Assembly: GCA_964351665.1 (NCBI GenBank)
Contig: CAYGPO010000005.1
Location: 1 to 56,645 of the forward strand
Reading direction: 5' to 3'
DNA: 56,645 bases
Source: an uncultured Gammaproteobacteria bacterium
Lineage (GTDB): Bacteria > Pseudomonadota > Gammaproteobacteria > Xanthomonadales > SZUA-38
In this document: one piece after another, positions 11,413 to 19,971 of the stretch
How positions within the stretch are numbered: position 1 is the stretch's first letter
Layout of the letters: each line of letters begins with the position of its first letter
Notes under the pieces: generated by a model
What the model was told of the DNA's origin: nothing
What the model saw: only the letters and a program-made list of their open reading frames with translations
Database searches by the model: none
Program-made: the position numbers and the translations under genes

Positions 11413-11715
11413 ATGTTTATGACGTTTCGTGATACATCCAATAATAACGACAACAATATCGATAACAGCGCAGAAGCCGGCAGCGATGCCATCCGAAAAA
11501 TCGTCCAGAGCGCGGTACGTGGATTGTTAAAACGCTATGGGGACAACCAACCGGAAGATCTGTTCAAGCTGGTTATCGAAGAAGTGGAAAAACCGATGCT
11601 GGAAGAGGTACTGCGCTTTACCAGCGGCAATCAATGCCGCAGCGCGGAAATTCTGGGAGTCAGTCGAGGCACGCTCAGGGCCAGGATGCGGCAATACAAC
11701 CTGCCTAAGCTGTAA
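11413..11715 (+). CDS. fis: DNA-binding protein Fis
   Basis: 100 aa with a Fis-type C-terminal HTH (GNQCRSAEILGVSRGTLRARMRQYNL) and an N-terminal Asn/Asp-rich extension. Confidence 0.88.
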   Translation: MFMTFRDTSNNNDNNIDNSAEAGSDAIRKIVQSAVRGLLKRYGDNQPEDLFKLVIEEVEKPMLEEVLRFTSGNQCRSAEILGVSRGTLRARMRQYNLPKL

Positions 11716-11721
11716 ACCAGC

Positions 11722-12168
11722 TTACAGCTTCAGCACCTGATTTCGGGTCTGCACAAAGACCCGATGAGGCACGTGGATCAGCTCACACAACCGACGTAGG
11801 TAGTGTTCTTCGTATTTGTCGATCTGGCCATCAGCCGCCGCCACTCGCCAAAGACATCGGACGATCTCTGCCTTCTCGTCCTGGCCACAAAGCCGGTTGA
11901 CGGTTTCTACGTGGGGAAAGTAGGAGATCTCGCCGTCATTGTTGCGCCGGGAGTCGGCGATCAGCTGATTCACTTCAGCAGCGGGCAGCTTGAATACCGT
12001 TTTCAGGGATTGAGCCACCTCGTCCAGCTCCGCCGAGTCGGTGGAAAAATCCGCCTCACACATTTCAATCATTAGTGCGGCAGCGGCAAAGTGAGTTACA
12101 GATTCCTCGTTATCAAAACCCGTATCTGCCTTGAACGCATTGCTGATTTCCTGCCAGATTTTTTTCAT
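11722..12168 (-). CDS. TerB-family (tellurite-resistance-like) protein
   Basis: 148 aa with a TerB-like helical pattern (AAAALMIEM..AD, LWRVAAADGQIDKYEEHYLRRL). The start overlaps the trmH stop by 4 nt. Confidence 0.7.
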   Translation of the reverse strand: MKKIWQEISNAFKADTGFDNEESVTHFAAAALMIEMCEADFSTDSAELDEVAQSLKTVFKLPAAEVNQLIADSRRNNDGEISYFPHVETVNRLCGQDEKAEIVRCLWRVAAADGQIDKYEEHYLRRLCELIHVPHRVFVQTRNQVLKL

Positions 12169-12827
12169 GTTGGGTCCGGGTGTTCCAGCAGCTCGCCTAG
12201 GCTGTCGAGCTTAGGATAGGGCCTGTGTTTGCGCTGACAAAAGCGCGCGATGGTGGGATGAAGCCACTCGAAGCGGGTTTTCTCATACAGCGGACCCACC
12301 AGACGACGAGACTCATAGTGACCGCTGGCCATCCTCTGGCGCTGGGCTTCAAACAATATCAGGGCAGCCGCTACCGACACATTCAGTGATTGCACCATAC
12401 CCTGCATTGGAATGTAGATGGTGGCGTCACAGCGGGCCAGGGTACTGGCGTTAACGCCGTCGCGCTCGGCCCCCAGCACGATGGCGGTAGGCCGGGTGTA
12501 ATCCACGCTGCGAAAATCCACCGCGCTGTCATCAAGGTGCGCAGCCAGCAATTGAAACCCTTCGCCCCGCAGGCCCAGCTGAGCACTTTCCATGTCCTGA
12601 AACCGGCGCACCCGCACCCATTTTTCGGCACCCTGAGCGGTGTGATTGGACACCGGTGCGCCGCCCTGGGGCGGCACTATATTGGCTTCAAACACCCCCA
12701 CCGAGTCGCAGCTGCGCAAAATGGCGGAGAAATTGTGGGACTTGTGCACCTGCTCCAGCAGCACCGTTAAATCAGGCTGACGCAGGGCCAGCTTTTGCTC
12801 AACCAGTCGGAAACGTTCCGGGGTCAT
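12165..12827 (-). CDS. trmH: tRNA (guanosine(18)-2'-O)-methyltransferase
   Basis: 220 aa with SpoU/TrmH motifs (HNFSAILRSCD, LGAERDGV, IPMQGMVQSLNVSVAAALILFE). Confidence 0.88.
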   Translation of the reverse strand: MTPERFRLVEQKLALRQPDLTVLLEQVHKSHNFSAILRSCDSVGVFEANIVPPQGGAPVSNHTAQGAEKWVRVRRFQDMESAQLGLRGEGFQLLAAHLDDSAVDFRSVDYTRPTAIVLGAERDGVNASTLARCDATIYIPMQGMVQSLNVSVAAALILFEAQRQRMASGHYESRRLVGPLYEKTRFEWLHPTIARFCQRKHRPYPKLDSLGELLEHPDPT

Positions 12828-13240
12828 GAGCTGATACTCACGGTAATGCGACGACGGTGGGGGGCTGTTCTATGCTCCCAGAGGTAAACCCCCTGCCATG
12901 TGCCCAGGTCAAGCTGGCCATCGCGAATCGGAATCGTGACGCTGGTGTGAGTCAACGCCATACGAATGTGGGCCGACATGTCATCAGGCCCCTCGGCCAC
13001 GTGCTGAAACTGCGGATCACCGTCGGTTACCAATCGAGCCATATACGCTTCCAGATCACTCAACACTTCCGGGTCGGCGTTCTCCATAATCACCAGCGAA
13101 GCGCTGGTATGGTGAAGGAAGCAATGGCAAAGCCCGTCGGTAGTGCCGCTGTCTGACACCCAGCGGCGAAGATCAGCGCTGATCTCGGAAAAACCTCGAC
13201 CAACGGTGGCGATCAATAGCTGGTGGTGCTGAACGCTCAT
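12824..13240 (-). CDS. yjbQ: YjbQ/UPF0047 family protein (secondary thiamine-phosphate synthase-like)
   Basis: The family pattern is readable (HHTSASL.I.EN.DP.V..DL, ...HRRRI). I set the start to ATG 13240, which overlaps the pdxH stop (ATGA), and rejected the track's upstream extension to 13324. Confidence 0.8.
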   Translation of the reverse strand: MSVQHHQLLIATVGRGFSEISADLRRWVSDSGTTDGLCHCFLHHTSASLVIMENADPEVLSDLEAYMARLVTDGDPQFQHVAEGPDDMSAHIRMALTHTSVTIPIRDGQLDLGTWQGVYLWEHRTAPHRRRITVSISS

Positions 13241-13827
13241 GGCTGCAGCAGGGTCTTTTGCCAGCCTTGATCCGCCGGCTCGTAGCGCCATCGCTCGTGA
13301 ATCCGGTGTGCTCTCCCCTGCCAAATCTCCAGCGCCGTTGGGCTGATTCGCACCCCACTCCAGTGTGCTGGCCGGGGCACTTCCTGACCTTCGTATTGCT
13401 TGCTGAGCTGCTCCAGCCGGGCTTCAAGCTGCGCCCGGGAGTCCAGGGGTTGAGACTGATTGGATGCCCACGCGCCCAGCTGGCTGTTGCGATGACGGGA
13501 GGCAAAATAGCAATCAGCCTCCTCGTCACTGACAACTTCCGCACGGCCTTCAACCCGAACCTGCCGCTCCTGCCGGGTGAAATAAAAGCAGGCCGCAACC
13601 GCCGGATTAGCGCTGAGCTCCCGGCCCTTTCGGCTTTGTAGATTGGTGTAGAAAACCGGCCCCCGCGGGTCCAGAGCTTTCAGCAGCACCACCCGGACAC
13701 TGGGCTGACCGCCGTCACCAACGGTGGCGATGGTCATCGCCGTTGGCTCAACTTCGCCCGCCTCCCGGGCCTGGTCCATCCAGCGCTGCAGGGTACTGAT
13801 GGCTTCAAGATAAATGGCATCGTTCAT
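13237..13827 (-). CDS. pdxH: pyridoxamine 5'-phosphate oxidase
   Basis: 196 aa with PdxH pattern (PSVRVVLLK..D..G.VFYTN..S.KG.EL..NP.AA, LGAWAS.QS, FW.G...R.H.R). Confidence 0.9.
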   Translation of the reverse strand: MNDAIYLEAISTLQRWMDQAREAGEVEPTAMTIATVGDGGQPSVRVVLLKALDPRGPVFYTNLQSRKGRELSANPAVAACFYFTRQERQVRVEGRAEVVSDEEADCYFASRHRNSQLGAWASNQSQPLDSRAQLEARLEQLSKQYEGQEVPRPAHWSGVRISPTALEIWQGRAHRIHERWRYEPADQGWQKTLLQP

Positions 13828-13877
13828 GGCGGCATTTTACCAGTTCAACGACCTTGCGGACCTCAACAGTTGGTTCA

Positions 13878-14726
13878 TCAATGGGCCGAATTTGAAGCCG
13901 CCAGCAGGGCGCCATAGCCATCCCGATAGGTCGGGAAGTCGAATTGGAAACCGCTTTCAAGCACCCGCCGATTGGATATGCGCTTGCCTTTTGCAGCGCG
14001 TTCGTCATCACTACCATTGGGATCCACCGGCAGCGGTTTAAGGCCCAGCTGCGCGGCCAACCACTGGCAAACCTCATGCATTGGAGTGGGTTGATGGTCA
14101 ACACCCAGGTAAATCCCGGCGGTGTTTTGCTGAGCTAACAGATGGACCACCAGCCTGGCGGCGTCGTGCTCGGTGATTCGATTGGTGTAATTTGGTGGCG
14201 ATTCCACTAACGGCGCGCCGCTGCGGACTCTGCGAATTAGCATTTCTCGACCAGGCCCATAGATACCGCCAAGGCGCAACAGAACCGAGGCATCGGCGCC
14301 GGCCACCGCCAATGCCTCGGCCTCCAGCTGGACCTGGGCCCGCAGGTTGTGCCCGGAGCAAGAGCTGCTGTGATCCACCCAACTGCCATCGTCCACCGGG
14401 TACACCACCGTGCTTGATACAAAAAGCAGCTTGCCCGGAGGTTCAGGCAAGGATTTAAGCACCTTCCGGACACCTTCAACATAGGTTTTTCGATACACCT
14501 CAGGATCCCGGCTGGCGGGGGACAGAACAATCACCAGATTGTCTGCCTGTGGCAGGCTGAGGGAGGCTGTGGCGGTCAAATCGGCGGCGATCATCGGCAA
14601 ACCCGAAACCCGGGTCTGACCGCTTCGGTTGACACCGACCAGCTGGTGGCCCGCCTCCAGCAGCCGAACCGCGATGGCGCCGCCCAGTTGTCCAACCCCA
14701 GCCATCAGCGTTCGTTGAGCGCTCAT
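13878..14726 (-). CDS. NAD(P)-binding SDR/epimerase-family protein
   Basis: 282 aa with an N-terminal Rossmann motif (AGVGQLGGAIAVRLL). The ATG directly abuts the stop of the upstream exosortase-family gene (TGAATG). Confidence 0.75.
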   Translation of the reverse strand: MSAQRTLMAGVGQLGGAIAVRLLEAGHQLVGVNRSGQTRVSGLPMIAADLTATASLSLPQADNLVIVLSPASRDPEVYRKTYVEGVRKVLKSLPEPPGKLLFVSSTVVYPVDDGSWVDHSSSCSGHNLRAQVQLEAEALAVAGADASVLLRLGGIYGPGREMLIRRVRSGAPLVESPPNYTNRITEHDAARLVVHLLAQQNTAGIYLGVDHQPTPMHEVCQWLAAQLGLKPLPVDPNGSDDERAAKGKRISNRRVLESGFQFDFPTYRDGYGALLAASNSAH

Positions 14727-15275
14727 TCAGCCTGCCGCAGACAGCGCAGCCGGCGGCTCAGCCGGATCGTCAGGCTGGGAAGCCTGGGAAGCCGGCAGGT
14801 AGCGCAGCCAAATCAACCAGACCACCAGCGCGTCCAGAATGATCAGCGCCTGCCACAGATAAAGATGGAAAAAGTTGAACGCGTTGAGGTTCCACTGCCC
14901 CAGGTAAAACAAACTGATAATCCGCACCAGGTTCAGCCCCTGGATAGCAAAAAAGCCCACAGCAAAGCCCATCAGCTTGTGTTTTATGGGAGCGGGGAAG
15001 GCGAAAATCGCCGAAAAAAGGACAATTAGCGCCTCCACACCGTTACACCCGGGCTCGATGGAAACGGCAAAATTGTTAGACAGACTTCGGATGACCTTGC
15101 CGGAGGCAGCAACGTCGGCATCAAAGGCACCGACTATGGCCACGCTAACGTCTGCGACCACCGCAGTAAACGGCAAAATCACGGCATCCTGGACGCTCTG
15201 GATGATCTGCACCGAAAACAGCGCGCTGACCAGGAGCAGAAACAGGATCAGAAAACGACTCATGGAAACTCTCAT
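14727..15275 (-). CDS. short exosortase/archaeosortase-family protein (XrtH-like size class)
   Basis: 182 aa and polytopic. It carries the signature Cys motif IEPGCNGVE, followed by a conserved Arg (LVRIISLFYL) and His (FFHLYLWQ) in later TM segments. ATG 15263 is an alternative start. Confidence 0.7.
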   Translation of the reverse strand: MRVSMSRFLILFLLLVSALFSVQIIQSVQDAVILPFTAVVADVSVAIVGAFDADVAASGKVIRSLSNNFAVSIEPGCNGVEALIVLFSAIFAFPAPIKHKLMGFAVGFFAIQGLNLVRIISLFYLGQWNLNAFNFFHLYLWQALIILDALVVWLIWLRYLPASQASQPDDPAEPPAALSAAG

Positions 15276-15356
15276 TTCTGATAATGAACAATCGTCCTAT
15301 TATGCGTCAAACAGATCCATTGTGGGCCAAATCCACAAGACTGGTAAAATCTGCGA

Positions 15357-15899
15357 ATGTGGCGGCAAAAGAACCTAATATTCATTGGACCGACGGGGGC
15401 GGGAAAGACCACCGTGGGTCGACAGGTGGCCGCCCATTTTGGTTTGTCGTTCATGGATCTTGATCAGGAAATCGAGCGCCACACCGGTGCAGACATACCA
15501 CTGATTTTTGATCTGGAAGGGGAACCTGGCTTTCGCCGCAGGGAAACCGGAATGCTGAAACAGCTGTGCGGCCAGCCCGGCATTTTGCTGGCTACCGGAG
15601 GCGGCGCGGTGGTGTCTGAAGAAAACCAGCAGGTGATGCGTGGCTGCGGTTTTGTGGTTTATCTTGCCACCCCCATCGAGCGGCAAATTCAGCGCCTGGC
15701 CCGGGATAAACGTCGTCCCCTGCTGAGCGCTCCCAACCGGGACCAGGTACTGGCAAAGATGGCCACCGAGAGAAATCCGATTTATGAGTCCCTGGCAGAT
15801 CTCACCGTGTTATCGGAGGCGGTCAGCGTTAGCCAGATGACCCGACGAGTGTTAGACCAGATCGAACATTCCGACTATAGAGCGGGTCATGAACAGTAA
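15357..15899 (+). CDS. aroK: shikimate kinase
   Basis: 180 aa with the P-loop IGPTGAGKTTVGR. It is followed by aroB with an 11-nt overlap. Confidence 0.93.
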   Translation: MWRQKNLIFIGPTGAGKTTVGRQVAAHFGLSFMDLDQEIERHTGADIPLIFDLEGEPGFRRRETGMLKQLCGQPGILLATGGGAVVSEENQQVMRGCGFVVYLATPIERQIQRLARDKRRPLLSAPNRDQVLAKMATERNPIYESLADLTVLSEAVSVSQMTRRVLDQIEHSDYRAGHEQ

Positions 15900-17055
15900 T
15901 CCCAACACGCCCTCAGCGGCGTCCATCACCATCCCCATTGAGCTGGGTGATCGCAGCTATCCCATTATCATCGGCTCGGAGCTACTGACCAAAGGGCTCT
16001 GGCCCGAGGGTTGGCTGGGCAGCGGGATGGTGTGGGTTATCAGCGATGAGAACGTCGCGCCCCTGTACCTGAAACCACTGCAGGACATGTTGCTGCGCAG
16101 CGGTCACCGGCATCAGCTCAGAAGCCTGGTACTGCCCGCCGGCGAAAGTCAGAAATCCATCGCCAGCTGGCAAAAAATCCACCACGAACTGGCCGCCAGC
16201 GGCGCCCAGCGTGATGCAACGGTGATCGCACTGGGTGGCGGTGTGGTGGGTGATTTAGCCGGCTTTGCCGCCGCCAGTTATATGCGAGGCATTCGATTTA
16301 TCCAGCTACCCACGTCCTTGCTTGCCCAGGTGGATTCCTCCGTAGGGGGTAAGACCGGGATCAATCTGCCGGCGGGAAAAAACCTGGTGGGCGCCTTCTA
16401 TCAGCCCCAGGGGGTGCTGATTGACCTGGATACCCTGACCACCCTGCCTGATCGCGAGCTTCGAGCAGGCCTGGCAGAAGTTATCAAGTACGGACTGATC
16501 GGCGACCCGGATTTCATTCGCTGGCTGGAGCAGCAGCTGCCAGCGCTGCTGAGGCTGGAGCGTGCCGCCCTGTCCCACGCGGTGCAGGTATCGGTTCGGC
16601 ATAAGGCTGACGTGGTCCGACGCGATGAGCGTGAGCAGGGCGTGCGAGCGCTGCTAAACCTGGGTCACACCTTTGGCCATGCGGTGGAAACCCTTTGTGG
16701 ATATGGTGAGGTATTGCACGGCGAAGCCGTGGCCATGGGAATGGTTTGCGCCGCCCGCCTGTCAGCCCTGCTTGGGGACCTGTCCGCTGACGATGTCAGC
16801 CGGGTTGAGCAACTGATCACGAAGGCTCAGCTGCCCACTTGCCTGCCCCCCGCAACCAGCCCCGAGGCGCTGCTGCAGGCCATGGCCCTGGACAAAAAAA
16901 ATCTGGCCGGGCGACTGCGGCTGGTGCTGCTGGAGAGCCTGGGGGATGCTCGCCTGAGAGACGATGTTGATCCCTCCCTAATCACCCAAACCCTGTTGGC
17001 CTGCGGCCAGCAACCCCTAATTGAGGCGACAGGCAAATCAGCTCCCCTGACATGA
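15889..17055 (+). CDS. aroB: 3-dehydroquinate synthase
   Basis: 388 aa with typical AroB motifs (GGGVVGDLAGFAAA.Y.RGI.FIQ.PT.LLAQVDSSVGGKT, LNLGHTFGHA). Confidence 0.95.
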   Translation: MNSNPNTPSAASITIPIELGDRSYPIIIGSELLTKGLWPEGWLGSGMVWVISDENVAPLYLKPLQDMLLRSGHRHQLRSLVLPAGESQKSIASWQKIHHELAASGAQRDATVIALGGGVVGDLAGFAAASYMRGIRFIQLPTSLLAQVDSSVGGKTGINLPAGKNLVGAFYQPQGVLIDLDTLTTLPDRELRAGLAEVIKYGLIGDPDFIRWLEQQLPALLRLERAALSHAVQVSVRHKADVVRRDEREQGVRALLNLGHTFGHAVETLCGYGEVLHGEAVAMGMVCAARLSALLGDLSADDVSRVEQLITKAQLPTCLPPATSPEALLQAMALDKKNLAGRLRLVLLESLGDARLRDDVDPSLITQTLLACGQQPLIEATGKSAPLT

Positions 17056-17139
17056 CATATCGGCCCGCCATCCAACCCAACTTTACCGGGTTGGCCGGTT
17101 CAGCCTGGGATACAATTGGCCCTGGAGCGACCCAAAACC

Positions 17140-17391
17140 ATGCGGATTTACATGCAAACCCGACCGCAGCCCAACGAGGTGCTGCGCTTTTATCAGCTGC
17201 TGCTGCAGGAGGACCTGCTGGGCGGCTGGTCGCTGGTGCGTCAATGGGGACAGCTGGGCAATCGAGGAAGCTTACGCAAGGACTATTTCAGCTCCCAGGA
17301 GGAGGCCCAGGCGGCCCTGATTGCGCTACGCGATCGCCAGCTGAGCCGCGGCTATCAAGTGATGTTTATCCACGGAGCTGCGCGCCCCTGA
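17140..17391 (+). CDS. small WGR-domain protein
   Basis: MRIYMQ...RFYQLLLQEDLLGGWSLVRQWGQLGNRGSLRK..F.S..EA......L...QLSRGY matches the stand-alone WGR domain pattern, with WGQ in place of WGR. It lies in a different frame inside the 5' part of the 567-aa track ORF. Confidence 0.7.
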   Translation: MRIYMQTRPQPNEVLRFYQLLLQEDLLGGWSLVRQWGQLGNRGSLRKDYFSSQEEAQAALIALRDRQLSRGYQVMFIHGAARP

Positions 17392-17420
17392 CGGGTCGAT
17401 ACTCCAACGCCATTGCGGGA

Positions 17421-18755
17421 TTGCTGGCAACCTGCGCACTACTGGGCCTTGGCTGGCTCTCAAGCAGCCTGGCCCAAACCGACAATGGGGGAGAATTCAC
17501 CTGCGTTGCCGGCGCCGACACCGCCTGGCGCTGCAGCAAAGATGGCAGCGCGCCCCAGGCCGCCGAACTGCCAGAGCTTGTGGAGGCTTTGCCTGGACCA
17601 GGCAGACAGGTGGGCAAGCCCAACTTCCCCATGCCCAACCCAGGCCGCGATAACGGCCAAATGACCTCCGCGGTTAACAATCTGCTGCCGCCGCCAAGCC
17701 GCGCCAGGCCGGATCTTTACACCCTGAAGATCGCCAGCGTTTCCGCCATCGATGAAATCCCCAGCTTTGTTGAAAGCTATGGTCTGGACCCGGCATTGGT
17801 GCGCTATATGGAGATCATGGAAGGAGACTCATCCCGCCAGCTGATCTTATGGGGTCGTTTTGCCTCACCTGCCCAGGCATCCAGAGCCATGGTGGCCATG
17901 CCCGCTGCAGTCCAGGCCATCCACCCCCAGATGGCAGAGATTGCCAGTCTCGACGCACCCATTAAGGACTATCAGACCCTTCTGCGGCAGCCAGCGGTGG
18001 CCGCAGCGGCGGACCCGATCCCAGCGCCAGCGGTGGCAGTGCGGATCCCACCAAGCCCAACCCCAACATCAACAGCCGAGGCTTTGGAAAATCGTCCGAG
18101 CACGGCCAGCACCCCAGCGGCTGCCGAGCCGGCACAGAAGCTGGAACCCAGGATTGCGGCTGCCGGCAGCACAAGTTCAACTGCGCCCAAGCCCGGGCTG
18201 GAGGTAGGCAGCCAGCCGGCGCCGAAGCCGGCAGCAGCCCAAAGCCCAGCGCCTCCTGCGCAACGGCCCAAGCCTGACACAGTCGCCAGAACCGACCCAA
18301 AAAACCGTGCAACCGCCAGCACTGTAGCCAGCGAAATAGCCAGCGAGACAGCCACGCCAGCACCCAGTAACCCTGGCCGTTCCAACGCCGTCAGCCCGAC
18401 GAGCTCAACGCCCCCGGCCGCCACCCAGGCAGACTCAACTTCCGTCCAAACTGCCCCGGCGCCGGCAGGCGATGAAGCTTTGCTGGCGCTAGGTGATAAC
18501 GACTTTGTGATTCAACTGACCAGTTTGTCCAAACCAGCGCTACTGCCCCTTTATCTTCGCCGCCATCAAATTGCCGCCAAAGAGCTGATGGCGGTAACCT
18601 TGGATGAGGGCGCAGGGCCCCGCGTACTTCTGTTAAAAGGCGGATACAATTCGTTTTCCAGCGCTGAGGCCGCCATGGCGGAACTGCCAGACAGTATTCG
18701 TTCACCCTGGATACGCACCGTTGCACCACTGCGCAGCGCGCTACAGCAACGCTGA
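17421..18755 (+). CDS. DamX-like SPOR-domain protein (start uncertain)
   Basis: Order of parts: signal-peptide-like LLATCALLGLGWLSSSLA, a Pro/Ala-rich linker, and a C-terminal SPOR-like domain (FVIQLTSLSK...LLLKGGYNSFSSAEAAMAEL). The position after aroKB matches damX synteny. No ATG or GTG precedes the signal peptide, and TTG 17421 is the best guess. Confidence 0.55.
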   Translation: MLATCALLGLGWLSSSLAQTDNGGEFTCVAGADTAWRCSKDGSAPQAAELPELVEALPGPGRQVGKPNFPMPNPGRDNGQMTSAVNNLLPPPSRARPDLYTLKIASVSAIDEIPSFVESYGLDPALVRYMEIMEGDSSRQLILWGRFASPAQASRAMVAMPAAVQAIHPQMAEIASLDAPIKDYQTLLRQPAVAAAADPIPAPAVAVRIPPSPTPTSTAEALENRPSTASTPAAAEPAQKLEPRIAAAGSTSSTAPKPGLEVGSQPAPKPAAAQSPAPPAQRPKPDTVARTDPKNRATASTVASEIASETATPAPSNPGRSNAVSPTSSTPPAATQADSTSVQTAPAPAGDEALLALGDNDFVIQLTSLSKPALLPLYLRRHQIAAKELMAVTLDEGAGPRVLLLKGGYNSFSSAEAAMAELPDSIRSPWIRTVAPLRSALQQR

Positions 18756-18793
18756 CACTATCTGTAACCGAATAACCACGAAGGATCGAACCG

Positions 18794-19849
18794 TTGACCG
18801 AACTGAAAAATGACACTTTCCTGCGGGCGCTGTTGCGCCAGCCCACGCCCTACACACCGGTATGGATCATGCGCCAGGCAGGACGGTACCTGCCTGAGTA
18901 TCGGCAAGTCAGGGCCCAGGCCGGGGATTTCATGAGCCTTTGCAAAAACCCGGAATTGGCCTGCGAGGTCACGCTGCAGCCACTGCGTCGATTTCCGCTG
19001 GATGCTGCCATCTTGTTCAGTGACATCTTAACCATCCCCGACGCCATGGGCTGCGGCCTGTATTTCACCGAAGGCGAAGGCCCGCGGTTCAAAAAGCCGG
19101 TGCGTTCCCTGGCTGATATCAAGGCCTTGAGCCCACCAGACATGGACGCCGAGCTGCGCTACGTGCCAGACGCCGTGAGCATGATCCGCCGTGAGCTGAA
19201 GGGACAGGTGCCGTTGATTGGTTTTTCCGGCAGTCCCTGGACCCTTGCCACTTACATGGTGGAAGGGGCCGGCAGCAAGAACTTCTCCCGGGCCAAGGCG
19301 CTGCTGGTGGAAGATCCGGCGGCAGCCCACCAGTTGCTCAACGTGCTGGCGGAGTCGGTGGTGATTTACCTCAACGCTCAGGTGGCGGCAGGTGCCCAGG
19401 CATTGATGGTGTTTGACACCTGGGGTGGTGCCCTGAGTCCCGCCTTGTACCAGGAATTTTCCTTGAACTATATGAAACAGATCGTCGACGGGCTGACCCG
19501 GGAAAATGACGGCCGCAAAGTGCCCGTGGTGCTGTTCACCAAAAACGCCGGCCCGCGGCTTGAGCAAATGGCAGACACCGGTTGCGATGGCTTAGGCGTC
19601 GACTGGACCACCGATCTTGCCAGCGCCAGACGCTATACCGGCGACCGGGTAGCCCTGCAGGGCAACCTGGACCCGGCGATTCTGGCCGCCAGCCCGGAAG
19701 CCATTTGTCGCGAGGCCAGTAAAGTGCTGGAAAGTTATGGCGATGGACCGGGGCACGTGTTTAACCTGGGCCACGGCATCACGCCGGACATTAACCCAGA
19801 GCACCTGGGCGCATTGGTGGAGCATGTGCACAAGGCCAGCGCACGCTGA
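18794..19849 (+). CDS. hemE: uroporphyrinogen decarboxylase
   Basis: 351 aa starting [34 protein letters not shown], a canonical HemE N-terminus. Confidence 0.96.
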   Translation: MTELKNDTFLRALLRQPTPYTPVWIMRQAGRYLPEYRQVRAQAGDFMSLCKNPELACEVTLQPLRRFPLDAAILFSDILTIPDAMGCGLYFTEGEGPRFKKPVRSLADIKALSPPDMDAELRYVPDAVSMIRRELKGQVPLIGFSGSPWTLATYMVEGAGSKNFSRAKALLVEDPAAAHQLLNVLAESVVIYLNAQVAAGAQALMVFDTWGGALSPALYQEFSLNYMKQIVDGLTRENDGRKVPVVLFTKNAGPRLEQMADTGCDGLGVDWTTDLASARRYTGDRVALQGNLDPAILAASPEAICREASKVLESYGDGPGHVFNLGHGITPDINPEHLGALVEHVHKASAR

Positions 19850-19971
19850 GCCTGTCAGGGCAAAGCAGGCTAGCCAGTGGGCGAGCTTCATACTCGTCCT
19901 GGCCCTATTCTGGCAACCGGCACTGATCCCGCTAGGAGTGGGCGGCGAGCGGGCTGAAATATACCAGCACC

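Noticed and set aside
17052-17420. N-terminal ~120 residues of the 567-aa track ORF, starting at the ATG that overlaps the aroB stop.
   Set aside because: The translation has no recognisable features. A well-formed WGR-domain gene occupies another frame of the same DNA. I kept only the SPOR/DamX-like part from about 17421.
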